Below are positions 1 through 12,136 of a stretch of DNA of 64,000 nucleotides, in pieces. The DNA is from Takakia lepidozioides. Taxonomy: Eukaryota; Plantae; Bryophyta. Position 1 is the first letter of the stretch; the number at the start of each line of letters is the position of its first letter. The position numbers were made by a program, and so were the translations under genes. The stretch covers positions 32,178,001 through 32,242,000 of the forward strand of contig CM060734.1 of the NCBI GenBank assembly GCA_030704615.1. Direction: 5' to 3'. Below the pieces are notes generated by a model. That model was not told the DNA's origin, ran no database searches, and saw only the letters and a list, made by a program, of their open reading frames with translations.

Positions 1-680
1 CGCTGAGTTGGACGATGATTTTTTCATTTCTAGGGTGGAATTGGTGGTTTACAAGATGGGATAGCTCTTCTCTCAACATGCAGGGTTTACAATTGCAAGA
101 GAGCAACAGATTCTTCTCTCAGTCGGTGTCATTGGCGATGACAACAAAGCAAGCGATTACTTTGGTTCAATGTGACTGGCATGCCAGGTGGCATAAGTCT
201 CCATTGGGATGTCAACATGGAATATGGGCCAGAATTTATGACTAGCACAGCATCTGTCCACTTGACCGGTCCTTTGCACAGCGATCATGTCTAGTTAAGG
301 GTCAGCTTCTAGACAGAGTGTGAAGTGGGATTTATATTTGTGTCCAAGACATTCTGGCACCAGTTTGTTCTGTTTATCCCTATCTCATCGTTCAAGACAG
401 GGACACAATGACACTGGCAGAAGCCGGACACGAAGAAAGCCCCTCCTTCCCAGTAAGGAGCTACCCTCTTATCTTGGGGGATCTCTCGGCTAAGCTCTCT
501 AAGCCATGGGAAGTTGGTGCTGTAGAGGTAGGGCTTCTATGAGCAAATCAGAGCCTCATATTTAGGCCATTGGAAAATGCAGAACGGACTGTCAAAAACT
601 CTGGTCTGTTTGAAGATCAAATGTAGTTAATCTGCTTACTACGATTTTTCCTAAGGTATACTAGGGTAGCCTGCTCCTTT

Positions 681-870
681 GGCCCAAGTATCCAATGTCA
701 TCTAAGTCCAAGTGCAAGATCTCCTATGTATCCCAATGCGTCTCCTATGTTGAGGCCCAAGTGCGACATAAGTCCAAGTGCAAACAAACAAACAAACAAA
801 CAAATCGCCTTGCTTCATATATTGACTTGACAGTTTTGGCGCCCTTTTTTATATTCTTTTAGGGTTCAGA
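681..870 (+). promoter_or_regulatory. Putative proximal promoter of the helicase gene: two site II-like GGCCCA motifs, a (CAAA)6 microsatellite and a telo-box-like TAGGGTT
   Basis: GGCCCA at 681-686 and 754-759, (CAAA)n at 781-804, TAGGGTT at ~860-866; all lie 150-330 bp upstream of ATG 1010. Function is inferred only. Confidence 0.3.
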
Positions 871-1009
871 GGTCAGAGGTTGTGACTGCGAAGAAATTCG
901 GAATTCAGTTTGCGCTGGCGTACCTCCTTCTTCCCTCCGTTCAATCTCTCACCCACGCTTGTGCAATTTGTGTGTGAACGTGAGAGAGGGAGAGGACTGC
1001 CCTCAATTC

Positions 1010-4000
1010 ATGTTTCTTCCACGTTGTCTGCGTGCACCCACCGCCTCCCGGCCTTTGTCTTCTCCATCTGCATCAGCCCCAACTACTGCAATTCCTGTTC
1101 CTTCAGAACTTGCCCATGGTCGCTTGCCCCTTCCCTGTTCTAGGGGTAAACAACTTCCATCAGGAGCACCATGCCAGCCCTCTGTCCCTCATGGGCTGAC
1201 AGTGCCTGTCACATTGAGATTGGTCGGCGATGGAGGGAAATCAACTGATTTTCTTCGATTAGAGGAGTCGCCGACCTCAGCTGGGGAGGATCGGCCGTCA
1301 TCCAGCGAAGAATCCAGGAGAGAAGTTGTATTAGTGGCTCAAACAGATGTCATCCCTTTCAGAGGAGGAGTTGCGGCTGCACCCACTGGAAATAATTCAG
1401 TGGCACTATCACCTGCCGTGGAGGATGCAACACGGAATTTTGAAGCTGAGGCAGTTTCATTTCAAATTCGGGCGAATTCGCAAGTTGTTGATCGGCAAAC
1501 AGGAATAGTTTTCGCAAAGAACGATGAAGAGATGGGAGTGTTGGATATGGCGGCTGTGTCTGTTGTGCCCGTCCACCCCTCTGGCCATAGTGATGAGCAA
1601 GGTGAGGGCTTTACATTGATGCTTTAAATCGTAGTAGCAGCGAGGTTTTCTGGTATTTGAATTCCCCATCTGTGTTTGTGTTCGCCTCTGTGTGTGTGCG
1701 CGCACGTGTGCCTGTTGTGTTACAGAGAGAAGCTGTCACAATTTCCTGAGTGGTAAGCCTGGAAGGATTTTGGCAGATGATTCTGTGAAGGCAAGGAGCT
1801 TTGAACAGAGAGCTGCTGGACCGGGGGAGCCTAGTTGCGTCGTTTGCAATCGTTACGGAGAGTACATATGCGATGAAACGGATGACGATGTCTGTAGCTT
1901 GGAATGCAAGGCAGCCGTTCTGGCAGGCATATGGAAAACCGTCCCGTTGGTGAATTCCATTCCATCCTGCCCCGATGTCCCACAGACAGCTTCGACGAAT
2001 ATTGTCCGCTCACGGGATCCTGCGTGTTTGTTTTCGGGTTCTGATCCTCTTTTACCCGGTTCCAAATCTGATTCAAAATTCACCCCTGCTTTTGACTTGA
2101 GAGATAGGGGGAGATCGGATGGAGCAGAGGTCAAGGGAGATACATCAAGAGGGAATGGGAAGGGAAGCAGAAGTATTTCCTCCCTGCAAGATGAATGCAT
2201 TTGGGTACAAGAACGAGAGAGAAAATTACCAGAATGGGAACCTGACAGTTCAATTCAGAAGCTGACCCAGCAGCAAGTGGATGCATTACTTTCTGCAATC
2301 GAAGTCTCGGTTAAGGGAAGCAACGTGCCTCGGCCAATTCTGGAGTTTTCGGACTGTAGGTTTCTGCCAAAGCTTCAAGAAAATCTTCAAATTGCTGGCT
2401 ATGACTCACCAACACCGGTACAAATGCAGGCAATTCCAGTTGCTCTGAAGGGACGAGATGTATTGGTGTCTGCAGACACCGGGTCAGGGAAGACTGCAGC
2501 TTTTTTGCTTCCTATTCTGTTGCGCTGCTGCTTGATACGTATCCATTGTCTGTCAGAGCGGGAGAGACCTCTGGCTATGGTGTTGGCTCCCACACGGGAG
2601 CTCTGTGCACAGGTCAGTGGTTGCGCAAAGACAACCTAATGATTGCCTTTCTACAATGTTCTCGTTTGAGTCTGATCATGCTGACAAAATAATATGCTTG
2701 TAAGGATACAAACCAATCCATGGGTAGTTTTTGCGTCCTGTTTGAAATAAATTTTGAAGTAGCCAACTGATTCATGGCTTAGGAAACTGTTACTAAAGTA
2801 GGAGACTTCTGTAGGCATGGCCACTAACTATGCAGGAAATTTCGAGTATGATACTTGTCTTTGGTGACCATGTACCAGGCATAACAGTTTGCTCTGGTTC
2901 AGGTTGAAGAGCAGGCAAAGGCTCTTGCAAAGGGCCTGCCTTTCAAGACTGCACTTGTTGTGGGGGGTGACGCAATGCCACAGCAGCTGTATCGAATCAA
3001 GCAAGGTGTGGAGCTCATTGTGGGCACACCAGGTCGGCTCATAGATTTACTGATAAAGCATGATATTGACCTACAGGTGAGCTCTCTCTGAATCATCTCT
3101 CTCCCTCGATGGTAACTACAGTGTAATCAGTTCTCTCTGGTCAGTAGTCTGTCAAATCAATCACTGAATCCCCTGTAACCAGATTGTCATTGTGGGCAAC
3201 TGCTCTGGCATCTTTGGGTCGTTTCCTAAGCCCTGGCAGGCTGCAACCCCACAACCGCAGTGGTTGGGAAGGGTTAATATTTTACTTGTGTTATGTGCCC
3301 TCAATGGCATGTCCTAGCCAGCCTTACAGGAAACTCTAATTCATGTTCACAAGGTTGTAGCAAGCATGATCCAAGGATTCTCTCTCTCTCTCTCTCGTGT
3401 GGGCAACCTGAAGACAATAGTCATTTTCTGATTCATTGTCGGGGATTCTCTCACCGGAGAGACGCTCTCTTCAAATCTGTCAAGGGAATTGTGCCTGTAC
3501 CTCCATTTACCAACTTTGAAAGTCTCGAGGCTGAGCCAAAAGCCCAGGCCCTTTTGGGGCCTAGTTATTGGGCAATCCACACACAGCAGGTTGATGCTTG
3601 AGTAAAGGGATTTCTAGAGGATATCTGGAAAATCCAGATCAATTGTTGATTCCAAGGTAAGTCTTACTACCGGCATCAGCCCCTGACAAAGGTAGATTCT
3701 GTCCCTTTGTGTTCCGCTCAAACTGGGCCCGGGGTCAATGGCCACAAGGCTACGGCAAAGAACGTCTTATGAGTACATTCTCTCTCTCTCTCTCTCTCAA
3801 TGAGTACAATCTCTCTCTCTCAATGGCCACAAGGCTACGACAAACATCGTATGAGTACATTCTCTCTCTCTCTGTGACACACATTGTCCCTGCACCTCTG
3901 TTCATGAACTTCAAAAATCTTGAGGCTGAGCCTAAAGCCCTGTCCCTGTTGGGGTCTGATTTCTGGGCAGCTCACACACAGCAAGTGATGTTTGGGTGAA

Positions 4001-5497
4001 GAGCTGTCTAGAGGATATCTGGAAACCCGAACTACTTGTCTCTTCACCAAGGTAAGTCACTCCACTGGAGTGAGCCCCTCACAAAGGTAGCATTTATTCC
4101 CTTTCGTTCCGCCCAAACTAGACGGGGTCTATGGCTACAAGGCTGTGGCAAAGAATGTCTTGTGAGAACAGTGACACACATGCACATGTGAACAAATGTG
4201 TTTATTTGTTCACATGTGTTCTTTATTTGTAAGCCTTCTGAAATGTAGTGACATTTTCATGTGAGCATGTCTCACCACATGAGGGGTGTCCGTGTTCATT
4301 TTCTCTTCTGTCATCCTACTGCTGTGTCTCCCTCCCTTTTTTGCTGTGTCCACATCAGGCCTAGAGGCTATACCCAAAGGTAACCTCCAGCCAATTGTTA
4401 TGGACATTGCATCCACTCTTTTGGATGAAGTAATTTAAGCTTGTTCTTTTGAAATTATGTACGCAGGACGTGTGTATGCTGGCACTAGATGAGGTGGACT
4501 GTATGCTGGAGAGGGGATTCCGTGAACAAGTTCTGCAATTAGTCCAGGCGCTTTCTTCCCCCCAAATTCTAATGTACTCTGCCACAATTCCCCCAGCCAT
4601 TGAGAAATTTGCGGCGTCTATTCTGAAGAACCCATTGTGTGTGGCTGTTGGGAAACCAAGCGTGCCTAGCGGGGCTGTAAAGCAGACGCTGATCTGGGTT
4701 GACTCAAACAAGAAGAAGAAGAAGCTATTTGACATCTTACAAAGTGCAAGCCATTTCCGGCCACCGGTGGTCGTGTTTGTCAGCTCAAGAATGGGGGCCG
4801 ACCTGCTCTCAAATTCCATTCGTACTGTGACAGGTCTTCAGGCCACATCGCTCCATGGAGATAAGCCTATGCAGGTTAGTAAGCATTTAATTTCACCAAA
4901 AAGTTTTGTTCAAACGAGGATAAAAGAAAGTGAGTGATTGTGATGGTCTCAGATAACAGGCATTAATACTTTTGAGTTGTGGGTAACCGTTTGGAGGGCA
5001 AATATACCTCTAGTTAATTGTTGCAACTATACAAGTATGTATCCTATTCTCTTACATTGTTCATCCTCAATTCTAGTTTAATGGCTTCAGTTCAATGTCA
5101 TGTGATGTCCTAACTGGTATTTGCAAACATACAGGAAAGGAGGGAGACAATCCAGGCTTTTCTCACAGGAGAGCTCCCAGTTATAGTGGCTACAGGCATA
5201 TTGGGAAGAGGCCTGGACCTCATCTCGGTGACGCAGGTCATTGTCTTCGACATGCCCCGCTCGCTCCCTGAGTACATCCATCAGATAGGTCGTGCTTCAA
5301 GGCTAGGGAAACCAGGGTCTGCCTTTGTTTTCATCAATAATGAGAGCAAGGCATTGTTCAAAGAATTGGTAGGTCTACTTCGCTCGTCAGAGACAGTGAT
5401 TCCCCGGGAGCTTGCAAACTCGCCTTATCTGCACTCCACGTATGCTGTTGCATACAATACGAAAAAGAGGAAGCAACGCGAGGTGGATAGTGATTAA
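1010..5497 (+). CDS. RH41: DEAD-box ATP-dependent RNA helicase 41 (DDX59 orthologue) with HIT-type zinc finger; 5 exons
   Basis: Exons 1010-1601, 1726 (or 1777)-2612, 2903-3076, 4467-4874, 5135-5497; all GT-AG and phase-consistent. Motifs: GEPSCVVCNRYGEYICDETDDDVCSLECK (zf-HIT), Q motif GYDSPTPVQ, ADTGSGKT, PTREL, TPGRL, DEVD, SAT, GRGLD, HQIGRASR. Confidence 0.95.
3397..4170 (+). mobile_element. Tandem 5'-truncated non-LTR retrotransposon 3' ends in helicase intron 3 (copies ~3397-3779 and 3885-4170, plus a short tail duplicate at ~3820-3860)
   Basis: Copy 1 encodes CGQPEDNSHFLIHCRGFSHRRDALF (C-terminal CCHC-type motif). The copies share a 3' UTR ending GGCCACAAGGCTACGGCAAA...ATGAGTACA. Copy 2 is flanked by an 11-bp TSD GTGACACACAT (3874-3884, 4171-4181). 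Confidence 0.75.
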
Positions 5498-5704
5498 TCA
5501 TGACTGCTCTCTATCTCTCTCTCCCCCTTCTCCCAAACTGGGAGCGGGTCTATGACCAAAAGGCTCGGCAAACAACGTCTTTACATGAGTACATCCTCCA
5601 TTTTTTTCTCATTGATTAACTGGCTGGTCATCTTTGTGTTATCACAGCCACATATACCACATACTTGTGAAGGCCTTCAGTTGCCATTCTGATATGCATA
5701 TCAC

Positions 5705-5929
5705 AACCAGTCTGTAGCTCAGTTGGGTAGAGCACTGAGTGCCACCCAGGTGATTCTGGGTTCAAATCCTGCTCCCTTGTCAGGTGTGGTATAATCTTCT
5801 CCCCCTCCCTTGGGCGGTGTCCCCTGCTTACTATGAAAGAGGTTATTTTCTTCTCTCACTATAGTTAAGGGGCCTGATTTGTGAGCGGTGGTCGCTCCGG
5901 GGTATTTCCCTTTTGAAAAAAAATAAAAA
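5705..5929 (+). mobile_element. tRNA-derived SINE
   Basis: A box TAGCTCAGTTGG (5715-5726), B box GGTTCAAATCC (5759-5769), A-rich tail to 5929, degenerate TSD ATGCATATCAC (5694-5704) / ATGAATATCAT (5930-5940). Partial related copies at ~39315-39380 (+) and ~56519-56558 (-). Confidence 0.8.
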
Positions 5930-6614
5930 ATGAATATCATGATGTCGCTGCTGGCTGTTTATCATCCAGCTCCCCTGACATTGGGTCCAAGTTGTGATCT
6001 TTGGATGGATGTGACGTTCTGTTTGGAACGAATGTTACTCATTACATGTGATTCTATAAACGAATGTCTATTACAAAATATTTCACGAAATCCGTTACCT
6101 ACCGAAGACTCTTTTTTTTATTTTAAGACTCTGAAAGTAACTAGCTCGGAGTGGAACCTCAATTCTTAGCGTTCATGGCATTGTAAGGTTATTTTTCCTT
6201 ACCTTTTAATAAAATTCCCAGTTCAAAATGAATTCAAGAAAAAAAAAAAAGTAACTGTGTGTTTTTGGAGATTTTCGTAGGGAAATAGTGGGAAGTTCCT
6301 TTTTGGTTTGCGAAATTGCGGGAAAACCGGGATCGGAATCCTATCGGCGGACGCAGGGCGATCGACGGTGGTGCACCGGCTGTACAGTCCATGGAACTGG
6401 TAAGATTGCGAGAGCAGGCCTGATCGGACGGGATTGTGGAGCGGTCTGGTGAAGCTGGTTGGGTAGTTGGACCCCACTTGGGGTGCCTTGCTGCCATGCC
6501 CGGATATAAACCAGCAACGCACGAGCTACACTCACACATTCACTACTCCCAATCTCTTGATCCATCTCGATCCCTGCCTTCTTCTCTCCCTCAGCGTCCT
6601 TCTCCCTCAGCGTC

Positions 6615-7190
6615 ATGGATTCAGTAGTCAAGAGAATCATCAGCATCATGCTGCTGCTGGCTGCGGTGGCCTCGGTGCATGCAGCGGATTGTGGAGGCAC
6701 GCTGCAAATCTTGGAGCCTTGTCTTCCTGCAATAGAAGGCTCGGCGCCCCCTGCGCCCTCAGAAGCCTGCTGTGCGGCCGTCAGGATGACAGATGCCTCC
6801 TGTTTGTGCTCTGTTGTGGTGTCCTATGCTAGCGCTATGGATGTGAATCTTCAATCAGCTATCAATCTTCCCAGGGAGTGCCATCGCGCCGTACCTGCCG
6901 GCTACAAGTGTAATGGTGGGTTTTGTTTGTCCAGAATTTTCTTGGACCTGGCATGTTTTCTTCTGTCAAACTTTTCTCTATATTTTTTTGTCAGTCTACG
7001 GCACTGTACAAATTCAGCTAACGAATGTCACATAGCGATGCCAATTTTACTTCAACGAGAAATCCAGCAAGTTGCCAAGTACTCAGCCTTGCATTCAGCT
7101 ACTAGTGACGTGATCAGTCTGTGGCCATACTTTTGTGCAGGATATTCTGTACCTTCGGGTGTGCCTGCAGGACGCAAGCTCATGATGTGA
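6615..7190 (+). CDS. Non-specific lipid transfer protein, type D-like; 2 exons, 116 aa
   Basis: TATAAA at ~6505. Signal peptide. Eight-Cys motif C-x9-C-x15-CC-x9-CxC-x23-C-x9-C. Exons 6615-6915 and 7141-7190; the intron lies 4 nt after the last Cys codon; no GPI tail. Confidence 0.9.
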   Translation: MDSVVKRIISIMLLLAAVASVHAADCGGTLQILEPCLPAIEGSAPPAPSEACCAAVRMTDASCLCSVVVSYASAMDVNLQSAINLPRECHRAVPAGYKCNGGFCLSRIFLDLACFLLSNFSLYFFVSLRHCTNSANECHIAMPILLQREIQQVAKYSALHSATSDVISLWPYFCAGYSVPSGVPAGRKLMM

Positions 7191-8861
7191 GTTCATCGGC
7201 TTAAGAAGGCCCCGGCAATCATGAGGGAATGTATAACATGGTTAAAGAAAACCATGGTGCAGTGGTACCTCAGCGGTATAACCTGAAGGGGGTCCACTAG
7301 TGTTGGGGAGTTTGATAAGATCTTGTGCAACGTGAATATAGATGATAATAGAGAGCTATAGTCAATACTCTAGGTAGCGACAGTAATCGAGAGCTCGATG
7401 GCCACCGTCGAGTATATACCAGAAGGTGGCCACAATATTGTCGCTCTTGATCTATGCCAGGGAAATTTTCATCAGTGCTTCTACTACTTCACTTGTAGTG
7501 CTTCGAGATCATAAGTGTGAAGGTATTGCTTTCATCAAGCTTGTGATCCCAACAACGCTGCCTGCAACAGCTCTTTTTGAAGTAGAAACAGACACTTGTA
7601 GGACAATTCCATTGACCTTCCCCATGAAGGCACCATTCCCGCTGCCGGTTATTCGTTTTGAATAAAGCTTCAACTTAAACGTTGAAATTAAGAGTACAGT
7701 ACATGAATGATACTACCAGGTTAACATTTTTTTTTTAAATGTTTTGGAAAAAGGATGAAACACTTTCAATATTTTTTTATTTTTTTTCAGTATTACTAAG
7801 CTACTAATTACTAAGTTACTAAGTTTCAATATTACTAAACCTCAATTTCTTTTTTCTTTTGATGATGAAAAATATTCCGGGAAATCATGCCATCTGGACA
7901 CTCTGTAGACCAGTGTTAGACCAGTGTTGGACCGGCCGGGCATAAATACTGATATCAACTGGGGTAGGTAAGACCATACCCGGGCTGGTAGGTAGGGTGG
8001 CCAATACCCGCGGCAATACCATACTAGGGGCAATACATACCTCGCTCCATACTGCGGGGTATACCAAGCCTCTAGTATTGCGATGGACGAGTTTGGGGGG
8101 TTGGTTGAGCATAGCTTGTGGATGCTCATGTGAGCACAACCCCTGGTCATGGGAGTTTTATGTTTTCAAAACGGAATAAAACCATAGGCGGGTATAGAGG
8201 ACTGGTGCATTTGTATAGTACATTTGCGCCAATTCAACGAGGCGAAACCTTCAGTAGTGTAGCCAAAAACCCTCAAAAACCCTAAACTTGTAGTGGTGGT
8301 AGTGAATTTCGCATTGTGAAATACTTGGTGATATGGGCACAAACTAAGTAGCGGTGAATTTTGCATTGAGAAATACTTGGTGATATGGGCACAAACTAAG
8401 CAAGATGTGGGTTTTGCATTGAGAAATCTCATCACCCCAAAATCCTACAACCAAAAGGAATGGGTGGGGGCTTGAAAGGTGACCTATTCATCCTTTTAGC
8501 CACAATGTGATTGCTTCTTAGGCGGAATTTCGCATTGCGGAATTGTCCATGGGAAATTTATTTTTTTATTTTTTATTTTTTAAACAAGGGAAAGGACCTT
8601 AAAGTTGAGGTGAAGCCTCACCGCCCACTCTCCCACCTCTTATGGAGAAAAAGCCATGCCTATAGGGTAACATGTTCATCATGTATAGGGGCTAATTGTT
8701 CTTTATGTGCTAGTTTCGCATAATTGTTAATTTCGTCAATTTCATTTCGCTGTGGAAATTTCTCGGGAATTCGGGGAGTATGCCCTTGTGGAGCATGCTC
8801 ACTCACTACCCAATGTCCGAGTTTGCTACTGATACCAGTATTGCTGCGGTGTGAGCCTCCA

Positions 8862-9130
8862 CAGCAGTGTTTTTTTTTTTTTCAAATTTGGAAAATAACA
8901 GGAGTGGCTACTGCATTTTGCAGGAAATAGCCATATTTTTTGTTCATCCACTGAAATTTCGACAGAATCATCCTCCTCTATATTTTCATCCATATTAGGC
9001 GAATTCATCCTCAGTTTTTCTTTATTTGGAAAGTTTTGGCGATTTCATCCATGAGAAAATAGGGAATTTACGACAGAATATTTGGGTTTTCTATTAGGTC
9101 GAAAAAATGTCAAATTTTGCCAGAAATAGT
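8862..9130. repeat. Dispersed ~270-bp repeat (likely non-autonomous DNA transposon); inverted copy at ~36598-36860
   Basis: TTTTGCAGGAAATAGCC...CATCCACTGAAATTT...TATATTTTCATCCAT here matches the reverse complement ATGGATGAAAATATA...AAATTTCAGTGGATG...GGCTATTTCCTGCAAAA at 36730-36806. Confidence 0.7.
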
Positions 9131-12100
9131 ACCTGTATGTGTGGAGTTAGGGCAAGGGAATTCATGCAGTCCATGTGGAGTCATGCGGCAATTCATGGGA
9201 GTCATGGTGCAGTCGTGCAGTCCATTATATGAGCATGGCAATTTATGCTTTTTAATACTCAATGTGCAACGTTTGTGAGCTCAATTATGCATTGTGTTGT
9301 AATTGTGATCCATTGTGAAGGTCAATTTTTTTTTTTTTCAAATTATTGAATATCCTCTTGAATATATTGAATATTCCATATACCTACCCGGGCAATATTC
9401 ATAATTCCCCATATGAGATGGAGAAAAACAAATAGTGATACCGTAATGCTCAAATACATCCACAAATTTACGTTAATGATACCCCTTCTATACCCTAGCC
9501 GCCCCAATACCAGGACCAGTCGGGTATCATATTTTTGTGATACCAGATCAACAGTGGTGTAGACCAGTGTCGGCCGGGTACCATGTTTTGAGCCCTCTTC
9601 CGGTCCCGGTTATGGCCTACTCTTTGAAAAAAATGGATGGCCGGGGCAAGGTATACCAATGATAGGTTTGAAAAACATCTCGGTTACATGTTCTCATTAA
9701 ACACCTGAATTTGTTTTTGTCGGGTTCTCAATCTACCGGTTATGCCATCTTAAAAAATGTCGGTTCCATGATACCTGTTATGGGATTCATCCATTTTTTT
9801 ATTTTAATTTTTCTAGCATTTTTGTGTATGTGTGTAAAACTACACAAGAGGGCTATGGCATGGTGGTAACTCAGGGTCTGGGTGTGGGTATTTCAAGCCT
9901 TGTCATCTATCTCTCTCCCTTAAGACTGGGGGCTCTGCCCCGTAATACGCTTACAACTTACAACTATTGTTTTAGCCAAACGCCCAACTAACTAATTTCC
10001 TATCTACTTGGACATTCTCAATGTTGTACAACTAATCTCCCCAACCATTATAAACGCTTTGTTACTAGTAAGACATAACATTCCACTCAAGATTTGTCCA
10101 TATGTCATGGTCTTAACTACCATCACCAACCTCTACACCGTATTATCTAGAACCGCCTCTACGCCATCTATATTTGCGATCTTACAACACCCTTAGAGCA
10201 TCCCCACCGGGCCTGCTATCAGCCACGGAGGCGGCAAAGTTCCGTGTCAGAGAGATAAGACACAAAAACCATGCCCCTGCGCGGTAACGTTCCGTGCGCT
10301 CCAAATTGGAACCAGACCCAGTCCAGCGCGCATCTGGAGTCAGGCGATCATCCCACACGTGAGACGGTGGTGAGCGAGAGGTTGAGCGGGAGGGTGGCGT
10401 GAGGTTTGCCGTGCAACCGGTGGGGAGCAATCCAGCTGGAGGCACCCCATTTTCTTGAAAGCTCTGCACATGCCTCAATAAAAGGCACTTGATGTACCCA
10501 CATATAAAGCCACCGGTGGGGATAGTCTTACAATCACGATGCGGTTCTGTAACCGGTTAGGAAGCCCGATGGCTTTTGCCGGTTCCCTCCATAACCGGTT
10601 CCTGCGGGGCTGCACTTTCCGGTTATGTATATGTGCATTACCGACAAATAACCGGCGGATATGCATGTCCAGATGCCATACCCTGACCAACACTAGTGTA
10701 GCTACACCCATAATTAGGAAGAACCAAGTTAGTACCTAGTAGACTTTTGATCCAATGCGCCAAGAATAATGGCAATATGCAACTGAGCTACCGACTGGTG
10801 GCAACTAATTGTGATTGGCTTGAAAGCTCTACCTTCCTGAAGGTAATCTTCTCAGCTCTAAATTGGAAAACAGCCTCCCTACAAGGTTGGATTGACACAC
10901 TACCTGCATGAAGGTAATATATGAGAATGTACTAGTATTATCTGACAAATTATAGAACTACCCTCCTGAAGGTAACCTCCTATTAGAGTTTATGTCACTG
11001 CATCCCTGCAAGTATGCAGTCCATAGTGATCGATCTCCAAGGGGTCGTTGCAAACACAGCGATGGCAGGCAGCGGAGGGCCGAAACACTTTTGGGGGCTG
11101 AATGCCACACTCAATCACAATCTCCTCTGCAATCACGGAACTCGAGGATGGAATGCTGGATTTCAGATGAGCTACAGGCCGGTCATTCGAGCATCATCAG
11201 GTACTTATATCAACTTCCTAAACCCCCGGCTTCTAAAACCCTAGCTCTTGTCTACAGTGTTGACCATCAAAATATGGAGATTAGCTTAGGCAGGCCCCTA
11301 AAAGGCTACAAAATCAGGAAAGATGAGATCATGAGCAGGTGACTTTGAGGACAGCAAAGGTGATGTATGAGGGAAATTCGACAATAAAATCTGATGTCGG
11401 GATCTTAATTGGTTCCTCGCATGTGGCTACATTCCGTCTCTCTTCCTGTAAAGCTCATCTGTGTTATTCCCGGTAACCGAGATGTTGGGACTACGGGAGC
11501 TCTCTGTGCATTTCGAGCTGAATTTTAAATCCCGCGGGATTATGGCTCCACAGGCATCACATTTTGCCAAGAAGTGGCCAGCGAATGAGCCATTTTCTAT
11601 CTTCTTAACTATCCTTTAGGAAATGACGCGGGAGGCTATTTGCTGATGCCCAGGAAAGGCCTAAAAATACTCCCTATTGTAATTCAGAGCAGAGAACGTT
11701 ATATCTTACATGTCAACTACGGTATGCCTTCCACAAGCCCGTGAATGCCCCTTTTGAGTGTCTTGAGACAGTTACAAAAGTGTGCCTACTTCGGGCCTGA
11801 ATTGCCCCAGGAACTGTCATATGAAATTGATAGTTTCTGAAGGAAGCCAGAGGGCCAAATTCAGTGGGCTCTCTGAGGGTATTGGACTATTGGAGTCGAA
11901 TGTATGTATCCCCTGCTTCGAGGGAAAAGGAGAGAGGGGGAGCGCGAGAAAAAAAATTATGGATGGACTATAGTTTTTGGCTTTCACTTAAATAGAAGTA
12001 TTCAGTTCCTGCTGAAAGATCTGTTCTAGGATCTATCCAAAACATCAAAAGTCTCCCCTATTTTTAAAAGATCTGGTTACTGTTTGCATGAGAATTTTGA

Positions 12101-12136
12101 GAAAATGGGGATGGTTTTGCATTTGTTGTAGTCCAG

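Noticed and set aside
5705-5780. tRNA gene
   Set aside because: It has A/B boxes but no convincing acceptor stem. It continues into a body with an A-tail and TSD, so it was called a SINE.
9901-11350. Possible LTR (TGTAAG...TGACA on the minus strand) and short ORFs
   Set aside because: There is no second copy, TSD or recognisable domain in the window.
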